Source: Gekko japonicus (Eukaryota). Taken from it: 64,000 nucleotides of DNA. Where the stretch lies: positions 1,192,303 to 1,256,302 of the forward strand of contig NW_015159716.1 of the NCBI RefSeq assembly GCF_001447785.1, read 5' to 3'. The notes under the pieces were generated by a model that made no database searches, was not told the DNA's origin, and worked only from the letters and a program-made list of their open reading frames with translations. Position numbers and translations under genes: made by a program. Below, piece after piece: positions 34,803 through 47,571 of this stretch. Each line of letters begins with the position of its first letter. The stretch's first letter is position 1.

Positions 34803-36807
34803 TTAGAGTCAAAGTATATGTTGAAGAGACCTTTGTAAACTTTGCTTACTTGGCATAAATTATTCTGATTTTGGGTTTTGTAAAATCTGAAACATTGCAG
34901 CAAGGAGGGCAAGTTATCTTACCTTGCATGGCTACCTGGCAGGCGTAGTTTAGCCATTCAACAGGCAAAACTCCTCCCTACATGGAGCTGCAGTAGTGTC
35001 AAAAGCTGTGTCGGTTGCCCTGACCTCGATAGCTCAGGCAAGCCTGATCTTGTCCGGTCTCGGAAGCTAAGCAGGGACGACCCTGGCAAGTAATTGGAAG
35101 GGAGACCTCCCAAGGAATATCAGGACTTGGGACACAGAGGCAGGCTATCAAGCCACCTCTCTGAAATGTTCAAACTCCACCAGGGGTCTCCAGAAGTCAC
35201 CATGACTTCCAGGCATGCAAGCACGCACACACACACTCACAAAAAAAGCTTCATCTGTTGAATTTCTTCATGTCATGCTTCCCTTAAATGTACAAGAGCT
35301 TTGCAAAACCAAAACGGCAGCATGAGGCAGAAAGAAAAACATGGCACAGGGCTACAATAGTGGAATGAGGGAAAGGAGCTATGTAAGACACCATAAGCTG
35401 GTGTAGTATAGTATTTAGGGCTGGACTAGTGCCATAAACAGCCAGGTTCAAATTCCCCTCTCTGCCATGAAGCTCATTGAGTAACTTTGGACAGGCCATT
35501 CTCTCTTGCCATAACGGTGTCTTGTCAGGGTAAAATGGAGGAAGGGAGAAAATTTATGTCATACTGAGCTCCTTCAAGGGAGTAATAAACAGATATACTA
35601 ACCTTTGCACAGCATATTATCAAATTTTCTCTGTAAATGGGGCAATGGAGTGAGGGACATTAAAGTGAAGGGCGGGGGAAATAAAACCTGATGGTTTCTC
35701 CTCAGAGTTGGGCCTCCCACTTCTTCCTTTGGCCAGGTCAGCCCTTTCCTTCCATCCTCATTTCCCTTCCAGTCCTTGTCAACGGCCTGCTCTACACATG
35801 CTGCAGTAATAATGAGGGTGATACTGGGGAGGGCGTAGAACTGACTGCATCGCTTCAGCTGGAGGACTGCAGGCTCCTCTCCCTAAAAGATGGTCTTCAA
35901 GGAGACTCCTAGTACAGCAGGGAACAGGGAAAGCCAGAGCTTTTCTCTATGAAGTGCCAGGTATTAAAGTATTGACGGGCATTTTATTTTGTGGGGGAGC
36001 ATTCAAAAAGGGAATCCTCTGTCCACCTATGGTCTGAAGTGGTACAGTCTCCCTCTACACTTCTGGATTCTATCACATCATTTCGCTGCATGAGTAGACC
36101 AGGTCTAAAACACTTTGAATTCTTCAAAAAACCCAAATATCGTAGTCGGGAGTCATTTATGCAAATTAAGCATGTTTAAGATGTGCGTATGGACTTCCAC
36201 CATGTATTATGTATATAGAACCTAATTTTTGTTTCGTTGACGGAGGATTGTTTCCCATTCTTTTTTTCGCTACGTGACTGTTTTCTGGGCCTAGTGTATG
36301 GATACGTTCATAACACTGTCCCAAACCCTTCCTACAAGGCCAGTTTGCTACTCAGAATCCAAGTCTTGGAGACAGACAGGGCCCCTCAGAGGATGCGGCC
36401 TACCTTCAGAAACTGAGAAGATTCGATTGCCATCTTGGTCCCAAAAGGCAGGTGTTACTAAGGGGGACAAATGAGATAAACAAAGGAATGAGAAAGTTTC
36501 TATCTTTCGTGGGACCTGACATCAGGGGAAATGGACCTACTAAAAAGTTCAGCGACACCTGAAGCCTTGCCAACCTAAGTTGTTCCTACAGGATGTCATT
36601 TTCCTTCCTTTATAGCTCAGAGGCTTAAATGAAACATTGGGCCAGAGAACATATTTGGACAGGAGCAGCCCCCAATGGGCTTTGGACTGGGCTCATATCC
36701 CTGGGGAACTCTTCTTGACAGGAGCTCTGAATGTCTGCCAGCTAGGGACAGGGTTCCCCACATGGGGCCTAATGCTCTTTAGGATTGCATAGGGCCTTTC
36801 TAGCCCC

Positions 36808-38339
36808 TTAGCACGGTACAATATCCTCACACTTTGTAGAAGCTGGTATGAGCATAGTCTCTTCCATCGGGTGGGCGTGGTTACGGAGGTGCCTGTAGAG
36901 ATATGCGGTGCCACGGAAGCGGCGACCACACTGGGGGCAGGGATACGGCCTGTCGTCTGCATGCATGCACTGGTGCCTAAGCAGGGCCGATGCATCAGCA
37001 CAGGGCTTCCCACAGTCACCACAAGTGCGGGCAGAGAGTTGAGCACCGTCTGAGTCGAGGTGGTGGGCGTGCTGGTGGCGCTGGAAGTGCAAGGTGCTGT
37101 TGAAGCTCTTGCCACAGTCCGGACAGACGTGAGGCTGGCCGCCAGCATGGGTGCGCTGGTGCCGATAGAGGTGAGAGGTGCGCCCAAAGCGCTTGCCGCA
37201 GTCCCCACAAGAATATGGCCTTTCCCCAGTATGAATGCGCCGATGCCGTTCCCAATGTGAGCTCCAGGTGAAGCTCAGACCGCACTCTCCACAGTGATAC
37301 GGCTTGTCGGCCGAGATGTGCAGGCGTCGGTGCTGGGCCAACTGGGTTCGAGCACCAAAGCTCTGCCCGCACTCACCACACCCATAGGGCTTGTCGGCGG
37401 TACCATGGAGCCGACGGTGGCGAGCCAGCTGTGACCGTCCTCCAAAGCTTTGTCCACACTCTGAACACTGGTGGTGTTGGTCACCACCCATTAAGTGCAA
37501 ACGCTGGTGTTTCACCAAGGCTAAACCATCAGCAAAGGCCTTGCCACACAGGGTGCATTTGTAGGGTTTGCGGCCACGGTGGGTCCGCTGGTGCTGGTCG
37601 AAGTGCAGTGTGGTGCTGAAACTGCGCCCGCAGTAAGTGCAGATGTAGGCGCGGGTGACGTTAGCGGCAGCATTGGTGCCGTGGGTGCGCTGGTGCCGGT
37701 AAAGATGGGAGCTGCGGCTGAAGCGCTTGCCGCACTCGTTGCACGGGTAGGGCTTCTCCCCAGTGTGGATCCGCAGGTGCCGGGCGAAGTGTGAACTCCA
37801 CGAGAAGCTCTTGCCGCAGTCGCTGCACTGGAAAGGCAGGCGACCGGTGTGAAGCCGCTGGTGAGTTACCAGCTCCGTGTTGCGGCGGAAGCACTGGCCA
37901 CAGTCGGCACACTGGTAAGGCAAGCCACGGGAGGGCATCAGGGAGGCCGGGGGAGTGACCGCCGCCGCGTTAGCATTGGCATGGGCCCTCTGGTGCCTGT
38001 ACAGGTTGGAGCTGACATTGAAGCTCTTGCCACACTCTCCACAACAGAAGGGGCGCTCCCCCGTGTGCGTGCGCCGGTGCTTGCTGTAGTGCGAGCTGCA
38101 ACTGAACACCTTCCCGCAGTCTTCGCACTCGTATCCCTTCTGCAGAACCATGATGGGTGGCCCCTCTCTCGTTAAAACCTTGCCGCCGCCACCAACCTGT
38201 TGCACCACCCTCCAGCGGAGGCTCTTACATTCCCCAGAAACCATGCTGGCATCCAGCTGTACCACCTTAGGACCGTCCCGCTGTTGAACATCTTCCTCCT
38301 CACTCTCCTCCTCCTCCTCACTGCCCAGTCCCTCACCTG
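36808..38339 (-). CDS. ZNF-B final exon: acidic linker plus 14 C2H2 zinc fingers
   Basis: ORF 36808-38361; tandem acceptor tgtcttccag|cag|GT GAG (38339 or 38336), phase 1. Confidence 0.96.
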
Positions 38340-38376
38340 CTGGAAGACACAGACATGACAACTTGTTACATAGGAT

Positions 38377-38717
38377 CAGGGGTCATTTTGTAGAAAAAGA
38401 GCTAGGGGAACTCATTAGCATAACTCATTAGCATATGCCACACCCCCTGACATCAGGGGCCCGGCGGTGGACCTGCAAGGCCGGCGGGAGTGCAAGGAAG
38501 CCCTGCCAAGGCCCTCCCTGGCCCCAGGCAGGCAGGGGTGGGGAGAGGCGGGGAGGAAGCAACTTACCCTCCCTCTTCTCCTGCCTCCTCCTGGCTGAAT
38601 GAGGGCTGGAAGCGGGGCGGCCAGAAGCAGGGGGCGGGGCTTCATCGTGTGCCCCGCCCCCTGCACCTCACCCGGGGGAACTGTGTTCCCCCGCGTTCCC
38701 CCCCAAAATGACCTCTG
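38377..38717. mobile_element. hAT-type MITE (octamer-repeat family)
   Basis: TIR caggggtcatttt / aaaatgacctctg; TSD cataggat/catatgat; lies 38 bp from the ZNF-B acceptor. Confidence 0.85.
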
Positions 38718-39824
38718 CATATGATCACCTCTGTATTGAAAGAGACAGTGACAAACAGATGCTAGGACATTTATTTCCTGAGGCATTTCATTATGGTATA
38801 AAAGTTCCAGTTAATTTCTTCCTAACCTGGGACTTCTGCTTTTAGACCTCATGGTTCCACCCAGAACTATATAAGTCAAAATTGTCAGGATACCCATTTC
38901 TATGCCAGATGCCACATTCTGTAATTCCCTAGGGGAATATACATATGCTCGTGGTAGACACAGATCTGATAAATGTGGGAAGAGGGCACATATTTCAAGC
39001 TCAGGTGAGGTTTATTGACTGCATAATGAAAATGATCCAGAGGTTCTGCTGTGGACATCCATCACATTTTTACCCCGCTCTTCATCTGAGGAGTTCAGGA
39101 CAATATACATGGTTCACTCCTCCTCCATTTTCTCCTCACAAGAACCTGAAACGGAGGGGACCCACACTGCCTCCCTGATGAATCTGGGGAACCTGCTTGG
39201 TGTTGAGATATAAACCTTTCCCTCAGTTACAAGATGTTCTTAGCATAGTATGGGTGAAGGCTTTGGGTTGCTGCTGTGAGACAAGTTTTGTATTGATCCT
39301 GAAGAATACAGAGGTCACAGAAGCAGGAAGTTTAATAAACCAACAAAGAAGATTTATTTATATACCGGTCATGTGGTAAATTCTTTTTAAAGCTTGTAGT
39401 TATCAGGTCTGCTTATCAGCAGAGACAGGCTTCATGACTCTGTCCTCACCCAGAGATAAAGTTAAACCAGTCTGCCACACTACCAGGCAGAGCTACGCAC
39501 GAAATTGTCTGCTCCCTTGCTGAGACAATTCCCCTTCCTCTGTCTAAATGATCCCTCAACTTCCAGCTCCTGTGCTCTAACCTCCCATTCCCCCTCTGAA
39601 AGAAGACTGGATGCTAGAGCAGCACCCTCATTGGCTCAGGTGTGAAACAGCTGAGTGGCTGTTTTACCTCTCAGGGGCCGGACAGCCTCCTGCCCATCAC
39701 AGTCACTCAATGATTTGCATGGCTAAGTGGGGATCTGAACGTAGGTCTTCCTAGTCTGATGCTCTAGCTAGCCTCTATACCTCCCTAGCCCTCTTGGCCT
39801 AAAAAGCGATCCACTCCTCCTCAC

Positions 39825-39929
39825 CTAAATTGGCTCTTCTTGGGTTCTCCCTTCTTCCAGGCTCTGGGATGCAAGGCTCTTCTTCATCTTCCACAAGGAA
39901 AATCTCATTGGATTCAGAACTTGAAGATC
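39825..39929 (-). CDS. ZNF-B KRAB-B-like exon (SSSSESNEIFLVEDEEEPCIPEPGRRENPRRANL)
   Basis: Acceptor ttttttccctccaagcag|GA and donor TTAG|gtgagg; 105 nt, phase 1-1. LVEDEEEPCIP resembles the KRAB-B LExGEEPW motif. Confidence 0.8.
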   Translation of the reverse strand, partial: DLQVLNPMRFSLWKMKKSLASQSLEEGRTQEEPI

Positions 39930-42039
39930 CTGCTTGGAGGGAAAAAACAAACAAACAGAAAATCTCAAAGGCTCAAGACTTTTTGGGTCCCATTCTAGCC
40001 ATGCTTCCTTGACCCACCTTTTGCGGCTGCTTCCGCCCCCAGTCTTACAACCAATATGAAATACTTGCTCAAACATGTGCAGATATACAGTCCATCTTGT
40101 GGAGAGGCAGACTGTTTTAATTTGTCTGGACTGCATGCTACTTTTGTTTTTCTTTGGCCTGCCTGGGCCAACTGGATCCAGTGATAATATGCCAAGTTGA
40201 ATGTGAGCTTTGGTTCCGAGTTGCCAGTTCCTAAGAATGAAAACTCCAAAGAGTTATGGGCTAGTTCACACGTCAATGTTGAACAAATAAACTCAAAAAG
40301 TTGCCTTCTACTGAGTCAGGCCCTTGGCCCGTCAAGGTCAGTACTGTCTACTCTTGACCTGAATCAGCTTTCTCATAGTCTCGTTACCTGCAAGCTGATC
40401 CTTTCAGCTGGAGCTGCCCAGGCTTGAACCCAGAACCTCCTGCATGCAAAGCAGACGCTCTATTGCTGAGCCACAGTCCTACCCTCATAGCTTAATGAAG
40501 ACAATGTCAAGTGAGGATTTACATGTATGAATGGGCCATCTCATACCTAAGCCCAGGGATATAACTTTCATGACACCCGTCCTCCAAAGCAATGATTTTC
40601 AATGAAGCCTGTTCATCTATTGAGCTGCCAACTGTCATCAGTACAGTAATCAATGGAAGGAAATCAAGTGTGCCTTTATACGTTAACTAAGCTCAAGCAA
40701 GTGACTGTCCCTGCATACTAATCTAAGGTTTACATATAGCACCGGCTCCCTCAAAGTGTCTATGCAAGCATCTTCCAGTCCATAGAGGAAAGTAGAATAA
40801 AAATATTGGTCCTGGAAGTAGCACTGCTGAGCCCAGCCATTAGGATACCAATTTCAGTTCCCTTTCACTTCTGCCTTTCGATTAAAAATGCCCCATGGCC
40901 CCCCACCTGGATAGCCCAGGCAAGCACAATCTCGTCAGATCTCAGAAGCTAAGCAGGGCCGACCCCGGCAAGTAATTGGAAGGGAGACCTCCAAGGAATA
41001 CCAGGGCTCAGAGCGCAGAGACAGGCAATATCAAGACACCTTTTTAAAATGTCCAAACCCCACTAGGGGTCGCCAAAGGTTGCTATGACTTCCAGGCATG
41101 CAAGCACACACACACACACAGAGACAAAAAACCCACAATAAAATAAACTTGTTTTTAAAATAAGAACATAAAAGAACATAAGAGATGCCAATGTTGGATC
41201 AGGCCAAAGGCCCATCCAGTCCAACACTCTGTAACACACAGTGGCCAGAAATACCAGGTGCCATCAGGAGGTCCAGCAGTGGGGCCAGGACATTAGAAGC
41301 CCTCCCACTGTTGTGCCCCACGGAAGCCCAATTTCAAAAGAATCCAGCAGAGCAGGTTTTTTATATCGTATGTTTTATCCCCCTGTTCCTCCAAGAAGCT
41401 CAGGTTGGCGTACATTGCTTGCCTCTCCCCCTGTTTTATCCTCACAACGATTCTGTGAGGTAGGCTGGGCCGGGAGAGAGCAACCGACTGGCCTTGGGTC
41501 ACTTAGAGAGCTTCCACAGCAGAATGGGGATATGAACCTAGATCTCCCAGATTCTAGTGTGACACCATAAACGCTACTCCACACTAGCTCTCAGGTAGAT
41601 TCTCTCTGACCCCTCTAGCAACAGCCATGGCCAAACTTGAACTAGCTTCCTGTGGGTTGCAGAACAGGTGGAAACTTCTCATGCGCCCACAAGGAGAGTC
41701 ACTATGTATGATGGCATCTCTGGTGAAAACCCTCTCTTTTAAGCATTTGAAAGTTCTGAGAGGAAATCAGTTTTAAACTGGAGAAGGCCTGGAGGAAAAG
41801 ATTGAGAGGGCTGAAACATAAGCCTAGTCTATTTTTACAAAGGCTGGCAGCAGACAGCCGGTCAATCTAGGGTGGTGCAGGGCCTCGGATAGCTCTGAAG
41901 GACTGCAGGAAGTCGTGCCAACAAATTCACAGTTTGAATCCTGACATCCCCAAGCAGGACCGGATCACTGTGAGAGCTCCTGTTTTCCATTTGAAAACTT
42001 TTGGAGGGCAAACAACCTTAATTAGTTGGTAGATACATG

Positions 42040-42341
42040 CAGAGGTCATTTCGGGGGGATCGCGGGGGATCGCAGTTTCCCCGGGTGAGGTATAGGGGGC
42101 GGGGCACATGACGAAGCCCCACCCCCTGCTTCCGGCCGCCCTGCTTCCGGCCCTCATTCAGCCAGGAGGAGGCAGGAGAAGAGGGAGGGTAAGTTGCTTC
42201 CTCCCTGCCTCTCCGCCGGGACCGTTGGGGGTGGGGGGTGTGGCCTTATGACACACTTCCGGTGATGTCAGGGGGTGTGGCATATGCTAATGAGTTATGC
42301 TAATGAGTCCCCCTAGCTCTTTTTCTACGAAACGACCCCTG
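42040..42341. mobile_element. hAT-type MITE (octamer-repeat family), inverted relative to the 38377 copy
   Basis: Perfect TSD gatacatg; TIR cagaggtcatttc / gaaacgacccctg. Confidence 0.88.
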
Positions 42342-42915
42342 GATACATGCCCAAAAAGCTCAGTACTACTACTCTTAGGCGGGGGCCTTAGAGAGACCTC
42401 TGGGGAGTTAGGCTCACTATCTGGTGGAATTCAAGAGTAGTGATTCCCCTTGAATAGAGTAGTCATTATTGAATAAAAAACTGTCAGTGAGGACTGAGGC
42501 CAGGGCACAACGTTTGCCGCCTTGCCTGATTCTCCATGAAAGCAGACCTTAGTCTGCCTATGTTATTTTCAGTCTCAGCAGTGCAAACTGACAGGCGGTG
42601 CGATGTGCCCAGAACTGAAAGAAGCTTACCTAGCACACTAAGAACAAAATCTTTTTAGTGTACAGATTCTTGCTAGAGGTGGTGGAAGTGTTAATATTTT
42701 CCCCCTTTGTTTCTATGCATTTAAGGTCAGTGAATAAACACCTCTATGTGTTCAGAAGCCTCCAGATGCCTATTGTAGCTATTGGGTCTGACAGTTACTA
42801 CAGGCGCAACTTGAAAAAGAGCCCAGCCAAAGCAAGGCAAGTGTTGTCTGAAAGCCGCTATATAATGCCCTTCTCTTAGGTCTGAGCGCTTATGTTATAT
42901 GACAGAGATCCTTAC

Positions 42916-43044
42916 TGAGTGCCACCAGACTTTCACAAGGCTCTTGGCGTGTTTCCCTGTAGATAGGCTTCTGGTTAGGATCTACAACGAGCCACTCATC
43001 CTCCATGATCTGGCACCAGCCCAGTTCCTTACAGATGACAGGAC
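42916..43044 (-). CDS. ZNF-B divergent KRAB-A exon (GPVICKELGWCQIMEDEWLVVDPNQKPIYRETRQEPCESLVAL)
   Basis: Acceptor ttcttcttgtttcag|GT and donor CTCA|gtaagg; 129 nt; aligns with the KRAB-A pattern PVTFEEV..EEW..LDP.Q..LYR.VMQENY..L.SL. Confidence 0.85.
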
Positions 43045-44732
43045 CTGAAACAAGAAGAACATCTACCAACACCATACTTAGCACCTGCTGCTCAAGGTTT
43101 GTAACAGAAACATTCCTCGCTTAAAGCGTTGATCTAGTTTTCATTTCAGTACGTCTCAGTTTTACACAGAATACTGAATATTTCCCAATCACTTGACCTT
43201 TGGGTGGTGATGGAAAGTGCTGTCAAGCTGCATGATCAGAAATGGCTGTTAGCCCCAAACTTTTCCTGAGAAGACTGGACCTGGAAGCAGATCGATTGTG
43301 ATTGGCCCAAGAAGAGCGTGGCCTGGAGGAAAAGATTCTGATGCGATTAAAAATAATCACAAAGAGTCATTTGTGTCAATACACTGAGTTAAATCAGGTC
43401 TGCACAATGTGGCCCACCGAGCCAAAAGACGCCCACGAGCCATGATTGTGGTCTTCCAGGCATTTGACATCCTCCTGTGTTTACAACTCCCACACAGGCA
43501 GCAAAAGCAGGGGGTTTATCCCTCAGTAGGTAGCTGGTGGACCACACTGTGTCCAGACTGAGCCTTCTGTACTCTGTCAGTCACTGGATTTAGTCCCAAA
43601 CAGTCAGGAACTATGGGAAAAGCTAGTTTGCATCTAGTAGCGCCTTAAAGACCAACACGATTTCCTGGATGTAAGCTATTGAGAGCTCCTGCATCAGATC
43701 TGATGAAGGGAGATCTGATTCTCAAAACTTCATACTCAGAGAACCTTGTTTGCCTCTAAGGTGCTGCTGGACCCGAATCTAGTTCTTCTCCTGCAGATCA
43801 ACACAATGACCCACCTGAATGTACCTGGAAAGAGGTACATAATTGTGCTGGGTTTTCCGTGACAATCATCGATCCATCCCCCATGGATGATGCCATGTAG
43901 GGCTACCCTAATCTGGTGTTTGGATAAATTGGGGGATCAGTTAAAGAGTTCCTGTCCCGTCACACACACTCAAAATGCTCCACCACAAAGCATCTGTCCA
44001 GTTCTAGATGGCTAAGAGATTTCCTTGCACTCAACACAAACTGAGAGATAGATGCTTACAGTTCCCACTCCGCAGACTGCGAGAAACTGAAGCCACTTGT
44101 TCAAAGCCACCCAAGAAGAAGGCTGTGAACATGGTTATTCAGCCAGTGGGGCTGTACTGTTCCCTTCCTTTTTAAAAATCTGTATATTAAAGTCTGGAAT
44201 TGTTTGACTTATAGGACCCAATGTCAGATGCAGATCCGCAGGAAAACTAGAAATTGTAAAGTCTCTAGGGGGGGAAATGCAGACTACATTTTCTGGAGAA
44301 TTTTCAAATCATGGTCTGAGAAGTGTATATGGATTCAAGCAGGCTGGAAACTACCGCACAAAGGCGCTCCGGCAAGGCAAAGAATTGGCCCGGAGGGCAA
44401 TTGCTAGCACTCCTCTCCCCCTCTTTTTGCAAACCTCAAAGGCATCTGGAGAAAGTTTGAAAGACCAAAGGAACCCCAGGGCTAGCCGGGTCATTACACT
44501 CTTTGACAACAAGGTAACCGAACCTGTCCCTTGTAGGAATTTAACAAGGTCATGTGTCAACAAAAGCAGCAGTTTTGGGAGCTCATTCCTCCCCCCCCCC
44601 CCCATCGCTTCCAGCAGGGATCTAACCCGTTACCCAGCAGAGATCATTGTCGGGTGTGGAAGGGTCGTCTCTTTTGATTTTCCCGAGACGGTCACTTTCC
44701 AGCTCATCCACAGATCTCTTCAATGCATTTAC

Positions 44733-44951
44733 CTGGTGTCTTCGGCTCAGGAGCAAGCAGATCTGCAGATTCCCGGGGGGTTGTGGGGGAAGCTGCTCCT
44801 ATCCAAACAATGAGAAAGTCCTTGCCTGGCTCGAGGTCTTTATTAAAGGCCGTCTGCCCGCTTTGCATAGGATCTCTCCAGTCTTCCGTTGCCGGGAGGG
44901 GTACCCCCCCAGTTGCAATCTGCAATGGAGGCAGCTTGATTCTCTTCGCAG
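44733..44951 (-). CDS. ZNF-B upstream exon (candidate start ATG at 44868, MQSGQTAFNKDLEP...EPKTP)
   Basis: Acceptor ccctgcctttcag| and donor CCAG|gtaaat in phase 1, joining in frame to the KRAB-A exon. The start codon is uncertain because the frame stays open upstream. Confidence 0.6.
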
Positions 44952-44989
44952 CTGAAAGGCAGGGAGACACCCCCTTCCCACCACCACGA

Positions 44990-45660
44990 TTTCTGATCTC
45001 CTCTCTATTCTTTATGATCCTCCGCCCCCCTAACCCTCCTCCCCGCCTTCCTGCCTCCCCCTCCTCGCCTCTCAGCATCAGATCCCAACCACCAGCGGCT
45101 TCCTCCAGCCCCTTCCTGTGTCCTTGCAATACCAAACCGGTCTGCAACCTATTGCTTGCTTGCTTTTCTTCTTTTTTTTTTGGAGTGGTCGCTAATAATA
45201 TAAAAAATTAATAAATCACGAGGGGAGTCTCCGGATTTCGCAGGCATAATCCATTCACTCTTGAACCGGAAGCACCAGGTAATCGAGGAGCTACCGAGAG
45301 CGGGAGAAAGAGGGAAAATGTTGGGAAGGGGAGGAAGGAAAGCGGGCGACTCCGGATCGGGCTCGGCTTTCTAGCCCCCTTCTCCCCACGCTGACACGCC
45401 CGGGATCGAGAGGAGATGCCGCTGCCGGAGAAGCAAACACGCCCCACTATGGAACAGTAATCTAAGAACCGAGGCTTCCTTGCAGGCAGGAAAAGAGGGT
45501 AAGGCGAAACGACGCTTGCAAGTCTTACGCGAGGCTGTCCTTAATCCTGACTTCATCCCCCTTCTGGGGAGGTTCGGCCCCGTGCCTCTCGAGTGCGTCT
45601 TATTTCTCACATCTGCATGCCTCTCCTTTCCGCCGGGGATTTCGGGGTAGTTTACGGTCT
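44990..45660. promoter_or_regulatory. CpG-rich bidirectional promoter for ZNF-B (minus) and ZNF-C (plus)
   Basis: High CpG density between divergent genes; ETS-type accggaag at about 45265; plus-strand donor GAGG|gtaagg at 45498. Confidence 0.75.
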
Positions 45661-47450
45661 GATGCTCACAACAGCCTTGCGAGGTAGTTTAGGCGGAGAG
45701 ATTGCAACCTGCCAGGAAAAGCTGGTGAGCTCTGAGTAGGAACCTGAATTTTTGTGTGTGTGTGGGGGGGGTCCCTCAGACGCGAATCTAGTGCTCTAAC
45801 CACTACACCAAACTGCCTCTCAGAGTCTCAGTCTGAGGGTGGCCTTGCTGCTAGAGGTTCTTCAAGTGGAGATGCCAGCACTGAATTTAGGGTCTCAAGC
45901 GTGTGCTGTGAATTTGGGTTGCCACTTTGGCGTGGGAAATTCCTGGAGATCTGGGGGTGGAGTCTGGAGAGGTCGCTCAGCAGGGAGGCAGTGCCATAGA
46001 GTCTGGCCTCCAACGCTGTCCTTACCTCCAGGAAACTCTTCTATGTGGTCTGAAGGTCAGTTGTAGTTCTAGGACAACCGTAACTGTGATCCTCCATCAC
46101 GTGCATCATCACATCTGTGTATTCCAGTCTGGGTTCATCATGAATCTAAAATCATGACCATCACCTTGGTTCTAGTGCCCCTTCGTTTTTACTAGGCTGT
46201 GTTCCCCCACAACGGTGAGATCCTTAGTAGTTATAAACACAAAGCCAGAGTATGAGTGTTCTTTCTGAATGTGCAGTCGGAAATAAAACCACAATGTGTA
46301 TACATGGGGGGGGTGGGGGGTTGCATGGCTTTGGGTCCGCCAAGAAGTCTTGAGACTTGTCCCAGATGGATGGATCCCTGCATGCCCTTTGTGAGCACTG
46401 CACAGACATCCTCTTAATCACTTGATGCAAGTTGGGCACCCCTCAAAAACAGTTTTTATTCACACACACCCCTTTTTAGTCTCCTTTATGGGGTAGAAGG
46501 CTTATGGATGGATAGCTGGTGTGTTATGGTGGTTAGAGTGCCAGACTCCAACCTGGGAGCCCCAAGTTCAAATCCCCACCCTGCTATGAAGCTTTCTGGG
46601 TGGACATAGGGCAGTCGCTCTCTCTCAGCCTCAGCTACCTCACAGGGTTGTTGTGAGGATACAAACGGGGAGAGTAAAGAACTATCTACCCTTCCCTGGA
46701 CTCCTTGGTGGAAGGGTGGGGAAAGAATGCACTATACAAGTAAGTGACGAAAGTCTGGGCTTTTGTTTTGACTGTTTCAAAGGAATTCAGGGCTCATTCT
46801 GAAGACCCTTGGCCAGAATTAGCCAAAGCAGAATGATATGTCAGTACAGTTGCCAACTCCAGGTTTGGAAATTCCTGGAAATTTGGAGATGGAACCTATG
46901 GGAGGGCAGGGTTTGGGGAAGGGAGGAACCTCAACTGAATATAATGCCATAGAGTCCACCATCCAAAGCAGCCATTTTCTCCAGGGGAACCGATCTCTGT
47001 AGGCTGGAGATTGCTTGTAATTCTGGGAGATCTCCAGCCCCCAACTGTAGGATGGCAACCTTATAAGCCAGTAGGTGCATCTTTGCCTGATTTATTAAGT
47101 TTGCAAACATCCTACTTATTCTGCTGCAATGTTAGATTGTTGTTGTTGTTGTTTAAATTGCAGAATGTATACAGGCCTTCCAGTAGAAGCTCTTGGCTCC
47201 CCCAGTTCTTATAGAGAAAGGCCTTGGCTCTTGGCTCCCCCAGTATACAGCTCTTGGCTCCCCCAGTTCTTATAGAGATTGTTGTTGAACAAAGAGCATG
47301 GAAACAATTTGGCAAGACTGGCAATTTCCCTAGACATTGGGTGTGATTATTACCAATGTGATTATGGCAGAAGGGTAATAGGGTGAAGCTTGTTACTGCA
47401 AGAATGAATGCGACCCGCAAGGAAGTGGGTGATTGTGTCTTTTCCTCCAG

Positions 47451-47524
47451 GGATAGCAGTGTGTGGACTCTTCTGGATCCCAGCGACGACATGCAGGAAA
47501 ATTATGAGAATGTGATCTCTTTGG
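47451..47524 (+). CDS. ZNF-C exon with KRAB-A remnant; probable start ATG at 47491 (MQENYENVISL)
   Basis: Acceptor tgtcttttcctccag| and donor TTGG|gtaagg; upstream WTLLDPS is a residual KRAB-A trace. Spliced CDS 34+75+2222 nt is in frame (776 aa). Confidence 0.85.
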
Positions 47525-47571
47525 GTAAGGGCGGTTGTTATTATTATTTATAAAGCACCTACAGTGTCTTA

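Noticed and set aside
47188-47277. Short spaced repeats (gctcttggctcccccagt three times), also 8444-8530
   Set aside because: Local slippage duplications in a vertebrate intron; not a CRISPR array.
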